From Phaeosaccion multiseriatum (lineage: Eukaryota; Protista; Ochrophyta, other classes): 64,000 bases of DNA. The stretch covers positions 496,001 through 560,000 of the forward strand of contig OZ218956.1 in assembly GCA_965112735.1 (NCBI GenBank), written 5' to 3'. Both the position numbers and the translations under genes were made by a program. The notes beneath the pieces are model-generated. The model searched no databases and had not been told where the DNA came from. It saw nothing but the letters and a program-made list of their open reading frames with translations. Shown here piece by piece: positions 24,812-36,790 of the stretch (its first letter is position 1; each line of letters starts with the position of its first letter).

Positions 24812-25514
24812 CAGTGGTGATAGCAGCAGCAGTGATGACAGGAGCAGTGATAGCAGCAGCAAGGCCCCGCGGAGGTACGGGCCTCTGCACAATGTTGTGG
24901 TGCTGCGCGGTGTGCACTCCCTCGGCGGTGAGGGGCATGAGGACGCGCACGGGGAGTGCTTCATGGCGCTGCTCGCCTTCCTCATCACATCCAGGTAAGC
25001 TGGTTGGTTGGTGGGTGGGTGGGCTGGCGAATGGGTCGGTCTAAGCCCGTGCTACGTCGTCTGAGGGTGGGGCGTGTCTCGCACTCTCCCACACAACTCT
25101 CCTTCAATCGCCCTCTCCCTCTGCCTCTCTCTGCCTTGCCTCTCTCTCTCTCCTCGTCTCTCCTCTCTCCCCTCTCTCTCCTCTTACCTGCCACTGTATC
25201 ACCAACCCCCTCCCGTCCCCCGTCCCCTCCCCTTCCTCCTCTGCCCCACCGCACAGCGATGTGTCTTACATTGACACCCTGCCCCAAATCTCGTCCTTCA
25301 ACACGGAGGGCGCGTGGATCACACAGAGCGGCGTGGAGGACTCGTACCCCGTGTGGGACAATGATGTGGACGGGGAGAATGAGATCATATGCGTGGCTGA
25401 CTCCGGCCTGGACCAGGTGCGTGTGTGTGTGCATGTGCGCGTGTGTGTATGTGTGTGATGGAGAGATTGTGTGTGTGTGTGATGGTGAGATTGTGTGTGT
25501 GTGTGTGATGGAGA

Positions 25515-25562
<48 letters not shown>

Positions 25563-28500
25563 TGCTATGTACTTGCACCAAGCCCCCTTTGCCTTCTGAG
25601 CGAAGGCCGCTGCCACATCCTCTGCCCCATTCTGTGGTGCTCAGCTCTCTGACTCTCGAAGATCATCCTTCACGCCCTTCCTTCCTTCCTTCCTCCCTCC
25701 CTCCCTCCCTCCCTCCCTCCCTCCCTCCCTCCCTCCCTCCCTCCCTCCCTCCCTCCCTCCCTCCTTCCCCCTCCCCAAACACGCACGCGCACACACACGT
25801 AGGAGAGCTGCTACTTCCGCGACTCTCAGGCCGGCAACATCCCCTGCAGCACGTACAGCACGCCAGAGTACGACCTCACCAAGCGCAAGGTGGTGCAGTA
25901 CATCGGATACGTTGACTGCGTAGACTATCAGGTGGGTACATGGGTAGTGGGAGTTTCAGAAAACAAGCGATCGAAAGGAAAGAAGTTTGTCTGTGTCTCC
26001 TCTCTTGAAGCTTTTCATATTTCTTGCCTCGCTCCTCTCTCGCTCCCTTGTCACTGCCTCCGTCACTTATCTTCCTTTCACCATCTGCCGTTGTTGGATC
26101 ACCAACTGCTGGGGCTCTTGCAGGACGGCCACGGCACGCATGTGGCGGGCACTGCCGCCGGAGCCATCGACGGCACGTCTGCAGGGGGACACCTCGGGGA
26201 CGGGGGTGGCTTCAACTCCAAGCTGGTAAGTGTGTGTGTGTGTACGTGTGTGCGTGTGTGCGTGTGTGCGTGTGTATGTAGGTGGGTGCTTGTGTGCTTG
26301 TGTGCGTGAGTGTGTGTAGGGTCCCCTTCGTCCCTTCGCTCGCCTCCCTCGCCTCCCTCGCCTTCCTCGCCGTGCTCGTCCTTACCATGGAAATTCGACA
26401 AACCTGCTGCGCGATGCGGTGCGATGTGGTGCTGTGCGCTCCGCTCTCTCAGGCCTTCTTCGACTTCGGAAACAACAACGGCGGACTGAGCACCCCCTCC
26501 AACCTCTACAGCCAGATGCTGCAGGTACGAGGGCCCATACCCAATACTGCCCGATGCCCGATACCCAAAACCCAATACCCAATACCCAATACCCTATACC
26601 AGTCCTTCCATGACTGGAGCAGCCTGATCACCTGCTCGCAATGGAGGGAGTTTACGATAAGAATCCTTACCTCTTGTATGCACTAGTGCTGTCGTCGTCA
26701 TGGCTCGCATAAACCATTTGTGCTTATGGTTGAAGACTTGGGGTGCTTCCCTGCCGAAGAGAGCGGCGATGGATGGGGTAGTGCAGATGGGGTGGTGTCG
26801 TGGGTAGACATCGCACGACCGCCTCAGAACGGCGTAGCGCCGTCGGTGGGCACGGCACAGCCCCTCTCTTTCAGCGCCTCCCTCCCGCCCCCACACGTAC
26901 GCAAACACACACACGCTTACTTCCCCCTCCCTCCCTCCCTCCCCTCCCCTCCTCCCCCTCTACCAACACACACACACACACACACACACATACACACACA
27001 CATATACACACACACACACAAAGCCCGCCTACGACATCGGCTCTCGCATCAGCACCAACAGTTGGGGCGCGGTCCGTACGTCGTACTCGTCGCTGGACCG
27101 CTCTCTGGACCGTTTCGCACTCGACAACGCAGACATGACCATCCTTGTGGCGGCGGGTAACTGCGGCGACCCCTCCTCGGACTGCTCCTACGGAGGGGTG
27201 AACGTGTACGGAGCGGGTTCGATTCTCTCACCGGGCCTCGCCAAAAATGTCATCACCGTGGGTGCCAGGTGAGGGAGGGAGGGAGGGAGGGAGGGGAAAG
27301 GGTGGAACCTGTTAGCAACTAAGGACAGCCGGGGTTGGGAGTGCAGAGGAGCTGGGAGGAGGCGCATTCCCTCTTAGAGAGTCAAAATCGGCTCTCGAGT
27401 CTCGCTCCCTGTCTCCGCCTCTGTCTCTCTCTAATTCTTTCTCCTGTTCTCTCTTTCTCCCTTCCCTCCCCTCCCTCCCTCCCTCCCTCCCTTCCTTCCT
27501 TCCTTCCTTCCTCCCCCTTCCTCAGCGAGTCCACGAAGAACGATGTTGGCCTGGAGGACAACATCGACGAAGTGGCGTACTTCTCAAGCCAGGGCCCCAC
27601 AGTTACAGACGGGAGGATCAAGCCTGACGTTGTTGCCCCGGGGTACCACCTCTTCTCGGCTCAGGCAAGTCTCAGTTTCAGTTTGTCGGATCCCGTCAAA
27701 GGCCAATCAGTGTAGAAATCGATATCGCATGCGACGGATTATTGTCATCGTGCGTGAGAGCACCTTCACTGACCGACCCCTAAGTGCCATCCTTCCTCTT
27801 ACTCTCTAAGTGCCTTCGATACCCGCCCGTCCCCGTGCCCCCCTGCGCCGCGTAACGGCCTGGCTACCGCCCACCTTCTGTGTGATGTGATGCGATGCCC
27901 GCCTCTGTACACCCCGCCATGCATCTATCTACTCTACACTACACACGCGACACTCCTTAGGCTAACTACGAGTACGCTACTAGCGACAGCGGCGGCACCA
28001 CCACCTCCTCCTTCGAGAGCTGCAGCATCGGGGCCATGGCGGGTGAGTGGCTGTCGAGGAGCTGTCGATGATCTGTAGAGTGGCTGTCTGTCCAGTGCCT
28101 GTCAAGCTGCTGCCAGTCTGGCTGCCTCTGCTCTCCCCAATATGCACTGACTCTTTTAAAAACTAAATGCTGTCATCCACTGCTATCTACTACCATCGGC
28201 CATCCACTGCATCCCCTGCATCCACTGGCACCCCCCCTCCCTCCTCCCAACAGGAACGAGCATGGCGACCCCCCTGGTGGCGGGAGCGGCGGCCCTGATC
28301 CGCCAGTATTTCATGAGGGGCTTTTATCCCAACGGGCAGCCAAACCCCTCCAACGTACTCAACCCCTCCAACGCCCTCGTAAAGGTTAGGGCCGAGGGCT
28401 AGTGCGTCCCTGTCCTGACACCCACCCTCTGTCCTGATACCCACCCTCTGTCCTGACACCCACCCATCGCTTTTCCTGACGACCCCCAACTCCTCCAACG

Positions 28501-31500
28501 CGCGGGACCAGGCCATGCTCGTTAACTCCGCCACGGGGATGGCAGTCTATGACGGGCGCAGCGTGGACGTGTCACTGGAGAGTCCACCTGACGGGTATCA
28601 GGTAAGTTAATGAATGAGGGGGAGGGGTTGAGGGATATCAGGGGCGGTGTGGGGGCACTACTCACACTCACACACTTGTCCTCGTTTGTCTCCCGACGCT
28701 GCACCTCTCTGCCCATGCGTACGTACATACGTGTGTATGTCTGTCTGCTCATACACCTGCTCCTCCCTGCCTCCCTGCGTGCCTGCCTGCCTACCTACTC
28801 GGCTGCCTGCCTGTCTGTCCACCTACCTACCCACCTACCTACCTACCTACCTACCTACCTACCTACCTACCTACCTACCTTGCGTGTGCGACTATCCGCC
28901 CATCTGCATGGTGCAGGGCTTCGGACGCGTACAACTAGACCGGGTCATGAACTTCTACGGCAACGTGGACCTCTTCATATCTGACCGTAACAGCCTCGAA
29001 CAGGATCAGGTCGTCTATCATGAGTTCGACATGACAGCTTCCGCCTCCTCCCCCTCCTCCTCCACCGGCACTGGCTCGGCATCGCCTACCTTTGGAGGGG
29101 ATCTCGAGGCCACGCTCGTGGTGATTGAGGAGGAGAGTTACTCAGGCAGTACGAACCCTGTCTATAACGACATAGGTGAGTGGGTGGGTGCGTGCGTGGG
29201 GGGGTGGCATTGGGTGGGGGATGGCAGAAGATGGGGGGGTGGAGAAGTGGGTGGGTGTGGAGGTGGGAAGGTGGGTGGGTGGGTGGGTGGGTGGGTAGGA
29301 ATGTGTGTGTAAGTGGGTGCATATTTTGATCTCTGCTCACTCCACTCACACTTTTTTATGCCCAATGAAGCACCCCTATCCAGACTTGCTCTTAAACCTG
29401 CCCCCTCCCCTTCCCTCCCCTCCCTCCCCCCCCAACAGACTTGACGGTGTACGCCTCCTTGGGCTCCACCGTGACGACGTTCTACCCCAACGGACTCTCC
29501 GCCGCAGATGACACAAACCTCGTCGAGAAGGTACTGGGCATAATGGATAGATCAGGGTCTTACCGATTTCGCTTTGAGTTTGGCCCATGTCCAATATTGG
29601 ATGTCAGACTGCCAGAGTGTAAGGCTGGCGAGCCACCTGAAACCGCCAACTGCCAGCTGCCCGACCTACGACGTGACCAATCTGTGACCCCTCCTCCGTC
29701 CGTCCCTCCCTCCCTCCGTCCCTCCCTCCCTCCGTCCCTCCCTCCCTCCCTCCCTCCCTCCCTCCCTCCCTCCCTCCCTCCCTCCCTCCCTCCCTCCCTC
29801 CCTCCCTCCCTCCCTCCCTCCCTCCCTCCCTCCCTCCCTCCCTCCCTCCCTCCCTCCCTCCCTCCCTCCCTCCCTCCCTCCCTCCCTCCCTCCCTCCCTC
29901 CCTCCCTCCCTCCCTCCCTCCCTCCCTCCCTCCCTCCCTCCCTCCCTCCCTCCGTCCCTCCCTCCCTCCCTCCCTCCCTCCCTCCTTCCCCTCCCTTCGA
30001 AGGTGGTGGTGCCTGACCCGTACAGCTACGACAGCATCAACATCACAGTCTCAGGCACGAGCGTGGTGGGCACGCACCACTATGCCCTCGTGGTCACCGG
30101 CGGAGTGTCGTCTGGCTACTCGCCAGCGGTGTCCTCGGTCACCAGCTGGGTACTCCGATGGCGGATGCAGCTCACTGGACTGCCATCCAGTCAGGTCACC
30201 ACGGAAGGTTTCTCCAAGGGGATGACGGACGCCATCTACGAGCTGGCTGGCGGTAAGTACGCGCGCGCGGCACACGTGTGTGTGTGTATATGTGTGGGTG
30301 GGTGGGTGGGCGTGTTCGTGCGTGTGTGTATATGTGTGCGTGTGCGTGTGTGTGCGTGAGCGGTGCTGATGCCCAGTGCGGGACATCGCTTGTGAGGGGA
30401 GCCTCGTGTTGTCATGTCGTGTGGGCTGTTGGCGGTTTTGCTCCTTGCGGCCCGTCGCACGTTGGCTCGTTGCTACTGCCTGTGCTGGTTGGCCGTTGGT
30501 GAGGTGGTGCTGCGCTGGACTCACTGCCCATCGCCCAGCGCCCCAAGGTCGACTCAGGCCGAACCACCGTGCCCAAACTCACCCCCCACCCCCCCCCCCA
30601 CCCCTACCCCCTCTCATCCCCTCCTATCAACCCATCAGGCGAAGGCGAGTACGTGTCCGCCAACGCCACTTCGGTGGTGCGTGTGATGGACGTGGCTCAG
30701 ACGAACGCCTCGGCCAGCGCTGCGCCTCTCAGTGATGTGACAGTAGAGGTGGCGGTTTCGTCTCTCTCGTCGGGATACGCGCTCACCACTCAAGTGCTCG
30801 CCATCGAGGAGGAGGGGGCGGATGCAGACTTTATAGGTCAGGCTCGGTTTGCTTGACTTGGAGGGGAGGGAGGAGGGGGGAGGAGGAGGGAAGGAGGAGG
30901 AGCACGCGGCGGCTGTCTTGACCAGCCTACCTTTTTGCTCTGCAGACACAAAAGACGCGAGGAGCTGCAGTCACACTAGCTGCCATGGGACCTCTCCTCC
31001 TGTTTCCTGCGCACTAATTTCATCTCCTCTCCTCTCCACCCCCCTCCCCCCCAGACCTGCTGAACGACGCTCTGGCCAGCTATACTACGAACGGCTGCGA
31101 GTGCGTGGCCACGTCCCTCAACTCCTCGTACGACTGCAGCGCCTGCACAGAGGGGGCTGCCTTCAGTACCGTCACAGCCCTGGCGACGGACAAGGGGGAT
31201 TACAACTTGTACAGCAGAGACGACCCCTCCCCAGAGGCGGAGGAGGAGAGTTCCCCAGCGCTCATCATGGGAGAGTTCGTGCAGAACGTTCTCAAGACGC
31301 CCACGGCAGGCTACCTGATGGGGGTCGTGTTGGTGATACTGTTCTGCACGGGCCTTTGCGCCAGTTGCATCTTCTGCCAGCACCGGGCGCGCAAAAAGGA
31401 TAGGCGAGGCGACACCGGCAACGGCCTCATCCCCAGCTCGCTTGTGCACACCATCAACAACCACCGAGCAGCGGCCCTGTCCGGCACCGGCACCGGTCAC

Positions 31501-31830
31501 AACGGCAAGGGCAGAACGTTCTTCGGGGATAGTGGTAACTACTCCACGCCCCACGCGGGCACCACACCTCTCATGGGCGGGCTGGGAGGCACGAGTGGGG
31601 GTAGTCGGGGCTCTCCCTCACCGCCAAGAAGGGGCTTCTTTTCCGGCGGTGATACACAGCGCCAGTCGGGTCGATTCTTCTCGCCCGAGAGGAGGGGCTC
31701 ACGGGGGGGCGTGGTGGGAGATCCACAGCCCAAGCGCCAGGGGAGTAATAGCAGCGGGACCCGCTCGGCGGCGACGGCTGCTGCGGCTGCTGCGGCTGGT
31801 AGGCGAGTTTCGCCGGCGAGGAAACGCTGA
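23035..31830 (+). CDS. Subtilisin-like S8 serine protease (KP-43/TagC-like subgroup) with long prodomain, C-terminal beta-sandwich region, one TM helix and cytoplasmic tail. About 16 exons
   Basis: Catalytic Asp VADSGLD (25399), His DGHGTHVAGT (26130), oxyanion VAAGN, AKNVITVGA, FSSQGPT..DGRIKPDVVAPG, Ser GTSMATPLVAG (28259), PSNALVKAMLVNSA, QGFGRVQLD, NLVEKV. TM YLMGVVLVILFCTGLCASCIFC at ~31310-31377. An N-terminal hydrophobic stretch is also present. Confidence 0.9.
29690..29996. repeat. ~300-bp (CCCT)n microsatellite in a subtilase intron, directly upstream of the acceptor
   Basis: Directly visible. Shorter (CCCT/CCTT)n tracts lie at ~14960-15020, 25680-25770 and 27470-27510. Confidence 0.95.
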
Positions 31831-32602
31831 CGAGAAGGGAAGGGGGTGGGGAGGGGGGGGGGTAGCACTAGTCTAGGTAGAGCTGAGAGTGTTCCACTTT
31901 TCAGTTGGTGAGGAGGAGGAAAGGGGGGCGGGGCGAGGGGAATATGTTAATCCTTGTGCCATCTATGGTTTGCCTGAAGGTAGCGCCTCACCCGCCCCCT
32001 GGGAACTTAGTCTTCGAGGTCGTCTCCTTCGGGGGGAGAGAGGGCTTCCTTGCCTTTCGATTGCCTTGCCGCATCACCGAGACTGCAGCAATATTCACAT
32101 TTGTACATTCCGTAGTTCTTGCTCTTAGAACCAGCGAGCCAGTGGTGATATGTATTACGTAAATTTACGGTGGGCGCTACCAAGGCGCACGCACCCTCAT
32201 GGCCAACCTCAGCCCAGCCATGAGCCCATGGCTGGAGGCAAAAGCTCAACACAGACAACCTCACACACACCACCAACAAGGACTGACTGCGCTGCGCCGA
32301 AACGAGCGAGTGGCTGCCTGGGTGAAGGTCGGAGTGTGCTCTCTCGGCCGGCCCTGGACTTTGATTATGCTATGCGCCGACCATACTCAAAAATCAGGCC
32401 GGCTGGCGCTGGCCATAATCAATCTGTAATCAATAATCAGGCTGGCTGGCGCCGACCATCATTAAATTAATTAATTAAAATCAATAATCAGATAATCAAG
32501 CCCATGGCCGAGTGCTCCTCCTTCGTAGCTCTACTCTCATTTCGCGCCAAAAAGCCCCCCGTCGCTCCTTCTCCTCGACTCGTGAAGATTCAGAGAAGAT
32601 GG

Positions 32603-33664
32603 CAGAGTGCTGTGCAGTAGCCGGATCGAAGCACGCCGCGCGGGGCGGAGATTCAATCTGATTTTCGAGGAGCGAGGCTATTGCATGTGGGCGCTGGGAG
32701 CGACTACCTATGGCCTGGCCTTGGGCACACAGAGAGGCCAACTTCGCGTCTAAATCAAATACATGTACGAGTTGAGTTTGATGGCCCCGTAGTCCACTCC
32801 TGCCGTGAGTGAGTGAGTGAGTGAGTGAGTGAGTGAGTGAGTGAGTGAGCGAGGGAGGGAGGGAGTGCTCTGTCTAGGTGGCTCTGTGACCATACCAATG
32901 GGGTTGGCACGGACGGTTTGAGCTCGTCTGTTGACCTTGCCTCCATGGGCGCGGAGGATGACCACGTGGGTGCTTGCCTGCAAGCCCTGGCCATGTCCCC
33001 TACTATCATAGCAAACAAGTACGAGGGAGGGCTTCCGGTGCGTGTATGGCAGGTAGGAATCGGACCCGGGCAAAGGCGGAATACGATCATACTTCGAAGT
33101 ATTAGAGAGGTGTGTGTGCAGTCTTGCTCCCAACGCGTGCGTGGACCTGACTTGATGCACTGCTGCTCAGCTACTGCTGCAGCAGTTTGGGCCCTCTTTG
33201 GACGGTACAGCGGTGGTACCACAGTCAAGATCCCTCGCAGTACTCACTCACTCACTCCCACCCTCACTCACTCACTCACTCACTCACTCACTCACTCACT
33301 CACTCACTCACTCACTCACTAACTCACTCACTCACTCACTCACTCACTCACTCACTCACTCACTCACTCACTCACTCACCCACTCACCCACTCACTCACT
33401 CACTCATTCCCTTCTTCACTCACTCACTCCCTCACCCAAACACTCACTCTCTCAAGGCAGGAGTGGACTACGGGGCCATCAAACTCAACTCGTACATGTA
33501 TATGTTATAGACGCGAAGTTGGCCTCTCTCTGTGCCCAAAGGCCAGGCCATAGGTAGTCGCTCCCAGCGCCCACATGCCATAGCCTCGCTCCTCTCAAAT
33601 CAGATTGAATCTCCGCCCCGTGCGCCCTGCCTGCTTCGATCTGGCTACTACACAGCACGCTCTG
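32603..33664. repeat. Long imperfect inverted repeat: arms ~32603-32850 and ~33240-33664 (~200 bp unique sequence plus inner (GAGT)n/(ACTC)n), ~390 bp spacer
   Basis: ACATGTACGAGTTGAGTTTGATGGCCCCGTAGTCCACTCCTGCC (32761) is the reverse complement of 33457-33500. Similarity extends outward to 32603/33664. The ORF track shows AGVDYGAIKLNSYMY on both strands. Confidence 0.9.
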
Positions 33665-33967
33665 GGGCTGTGGAGAGGAATTCCCGAGCGTGTCGAGGCC
33701 TGAGTGTGGTCCTCGACTGCCGTACTGCCCCACTGCCCCTACTCGCACTCGCCACAACACACACTTTCCAGATACCCGGCCCCACGAAGGCTCTCATAGC
33801 TTCCGCTCCAGGCATGCCCCTCCTCGACGGGATGGCACTGAACGGCAGGAGCGCCCTACGACGAGGCTCCTGGTGTGCACACGCCGCGGAGGAGCGTCCA
33901 GGCTGTGACGTGCCGGCCGACCTCAACTCCCACCCGAAGACGCACCGCCCACTCTACCAAGCCATCA

Positions 33968-36790
33968 TCAGCAGTCGGCGTAGGGCATTGGTGTGAAAGG
34001 TTTCAGAGGTACACCGGCGAAGTGCCACGTCCCCTTCGTTGGGTCTTCGTCTCCGGCAGCAATAGGGCCAGGGGATGGAGGCGGTCGAATCACTTGCCCC
34101 CTGCTGGGTCGAGAGTTGTCCCCCAAGATACTACCGGGCTTCACAATGCCGCCCCCTACCAAACGACTCTCCCGTCCCAGGACGACCGAGTGGCCGACCT
34201 TGATTGGGAGTAGCTCAATCTCTCCCATTTGGATGTTGTGCGGAGTTATCGCGACACCACTCGAGATCATCGCCCCGTCGCCAATGGTAAGCAGCCCAAA
34301 CTCTGATACCCATCTTGACTCGAAGTATGCGGACATACCAACAGAGGCACCCATCAGCCTGAGCAAGAGGGGGTATAGTGGCGTGCCCAGCGTCCATCCA
34401 AATCCCAATCGATCGGCCCCCAAGGACTCCAAAAAAAGGTACATCCTATACACATCTGCTCTCCCACTCTCCGATCGAAAAGACCCTTCGCGCTGAACCT
34501 GGCCAAAGACCTTCTTGAATGCGATGGTTGAGCACCCTACGGCAGCTTCAAAGAGGAGCAGCGCCACGGGCAAGAGCAGAGTCTGCGTATCAAAGCGGCT
34601 CCAAACGGCGCGCTGTGGCCCGTCCCGCAGACTTCCACTGGCGTAAAAGTCGGTGATGGGCTGCTGGAAGAGCTCGAGGAACTCGTACGCAATGATGGCG
34701 CAGCAAAACAGCCTGGCAAGGTGCACTGCCACAACAATCACCATGAACAGAGTACGCCTTCCTGTGATTCGTCTCGCCAGCTCGTGCGTCTCCTCGTCCA
34801 CTCGGTTGCGCGTTGTGGCTGATGAGGCCCGTGCTGGCTGTCCTGTCATGATCGCGCCGTCGGGCACTTCGGTCCCCTCAGGCACGCAGGAGCAGGAGGT
34901 GACCAACACGCGACGTCCCAGGGAGGAGCCCCCCCCGATGATGGTCTTGTCCCCTGTGTTGACTCCCTCACCCACGGAGCAGCCCGTGATCACGCCGTCA
35001 CTGAACCCCACCACGGCATTCACATTCAAGCGATAAGCATGGCAAGAGTCGGAGGGAAGGGGTTCGCAACGGGTTTGAACGGTGCATGCGTACTCACCTC
35101 GTTTCTGTGTTGATTGTTGTGCCACTCCCGAAGAACGTGTTGACCCCAATGTCCAGCGTGTCAGGGTCAGAGAATCCAACACCAGCGCCGAGGCTCGCAC
35201 TCCAGCTGATGGAAGCCCCAAGAAGCTTGTACCACAGGACAATGAGCTCTGTGGAGGGGAAGAAACTCATAAAGAACCGCTGAAGAATCCCCGTCAACCG
35301 ATTGGCAGTCTCGCGGCGGGCGAGGGCGAAGGTAGACATGTCGCTCGTTCGTTGGCCCTTGCGCAGCTTGCCGACAAGCACCCACTTCAAGGCCACGCCC
35401 ACGATCACGGCAACAGTGCCAATGATTGCCAGCCAAATGAAGAGCAGGAGGATGCCAGTGTAGCGCCCGGCGCCGACGACATTGGAAGCTTCAAGCTGGA
35501 AGACTGTCGCTGCGAGAAAGCCTGGCAAGAACGTGGTCGCGATGCCGGCAAAGATCAGCACGAGCTGCATCCAGCCCTTCGATCCGAGCGCGGGTGCTCT
35601 CAGAGGGGGCTGTTGGGGCGGCATGCGCATCGCCGCTGGATTGCCCTCATACACCCGCTGTTTCGCGAGCCGCGTGCCTGAGGGTACAGTCGCTTTCACT
35701 CCGATGGTCACACCGTCCTCCAGCACTGCTCCTCCATGGACAGAGCTCGATGCGCCCAAGTCGCAGCTCGACCCTATCACCACCTGTGTGTAAGGAACAT
35801 TGGGTGAGGCATCGTCAAGACAGAGCATCGGCGGCCAGGCTGTGTGTAGACAGCGTAAGTCAGGACATGTTTGCAGATTCTGTGTTCGCATAAAAATGAT
35901 CAGTTGAGTTGGCATTGACGGGCACGATCTGTGCCTGCAAGTACTCACCTTGTCGTAGCGAATTTTCATGTCCCCAATCAGGGTTTTGGGGGATATCATG
36001 GCACTCCCGCTCACAGAGCAGTTATCGCCGATGTGCACCAAGTCAAACTCGCTCATGCGCACCTGCAAACGAGACGCGGAACGAGAGACTTTAGCAACCC
36101 CCAGCATTGATTCCGACCCTCCGCACGCAAAGTGGCTTACCCCTGTGAGATCGCAGCCGGTGCCGATGTGCGCCCCCATCATGCGGTAGAGAGGCACGAG
36201 CACGACCGAGTCCGGGAAGAGAATGGCCACCAGCGGGTAGAAGAAGTAGCCCAGGTATGTATCTACGACCCAGCTGAGAAGGTAAGGGAGGCGGCAAGTT
36301 GGGGGGGGGGCATGAAGGAAATAGCCCACATTGGTATCGTAGGAAGAGCCGCTCGGCGTCTTTGGCTACGATGCCTGCCTGAAGCCAAGAGGAGACCTCA
36401 AACCACTCATCACTCACCATCGGAAGTGGTACGTACTGTAGACCTTGTACACGCCCACTTTATATCGTCCCACAATGCTCCACTTCACCGCGGGGGCAAC
36501 CAAGAGGGACAGGACTACGAAGACCAATCCAGAGAGAAAGCTTCCGAGGAGGATCGCAAGATATTCGTTGTTGAAGGGGGTGTTGCGATTGAAGAGAGCG
36601 TCCACGCGAGGACTGCTTAGAGCTTGCTGAGTCTCAAGAAGCTTCAAGCCCTGGAAGAGGTTAAGCAGAGGGAACCCCGACACTGCGGTCCCCACACTCA
36701 ACGAAATCTTCCCAAGCAAGACGACGACGACGAAAATGATGACCAGCAAAGCCGCCCCCTGCGCTGCGGCCACAGTCGCCAACCTGAAGG
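33968..36790 (-). other. Pls/NRPS-terminal-type domain: TM segments alternating with three hexapeptide-repeat (left-handed beta-helix) units
   Basis: Three repeats of the pattern [TM, TM, K(W)xxxG, xxxxGAxIG, LxxIGD, hexapeptides, GxP]: VKWSIVGRYK/YRMMGAHIG/LVHIGDNC/YEGNPA, LKWVLVGKLR/YKLLGASIS/LDIGVN/MTGQPA, FKKVFGQV/LRLMGASVG/LLTIGDG/FAGVP. Confidence 0.85.

Noticed and set aside
345-31830. Left-half genes as part of a biosynthetic cluster with the PKS
   Set aside because: No tailoring enzyme, PPTase or transporter was recognised among them, and nothing beyond proximity links them.
32750-33557. ORFs within the inverted repeat
   Set aside because: Dominated by (THSL)n microsatellite translation, with no transposase or other domain.
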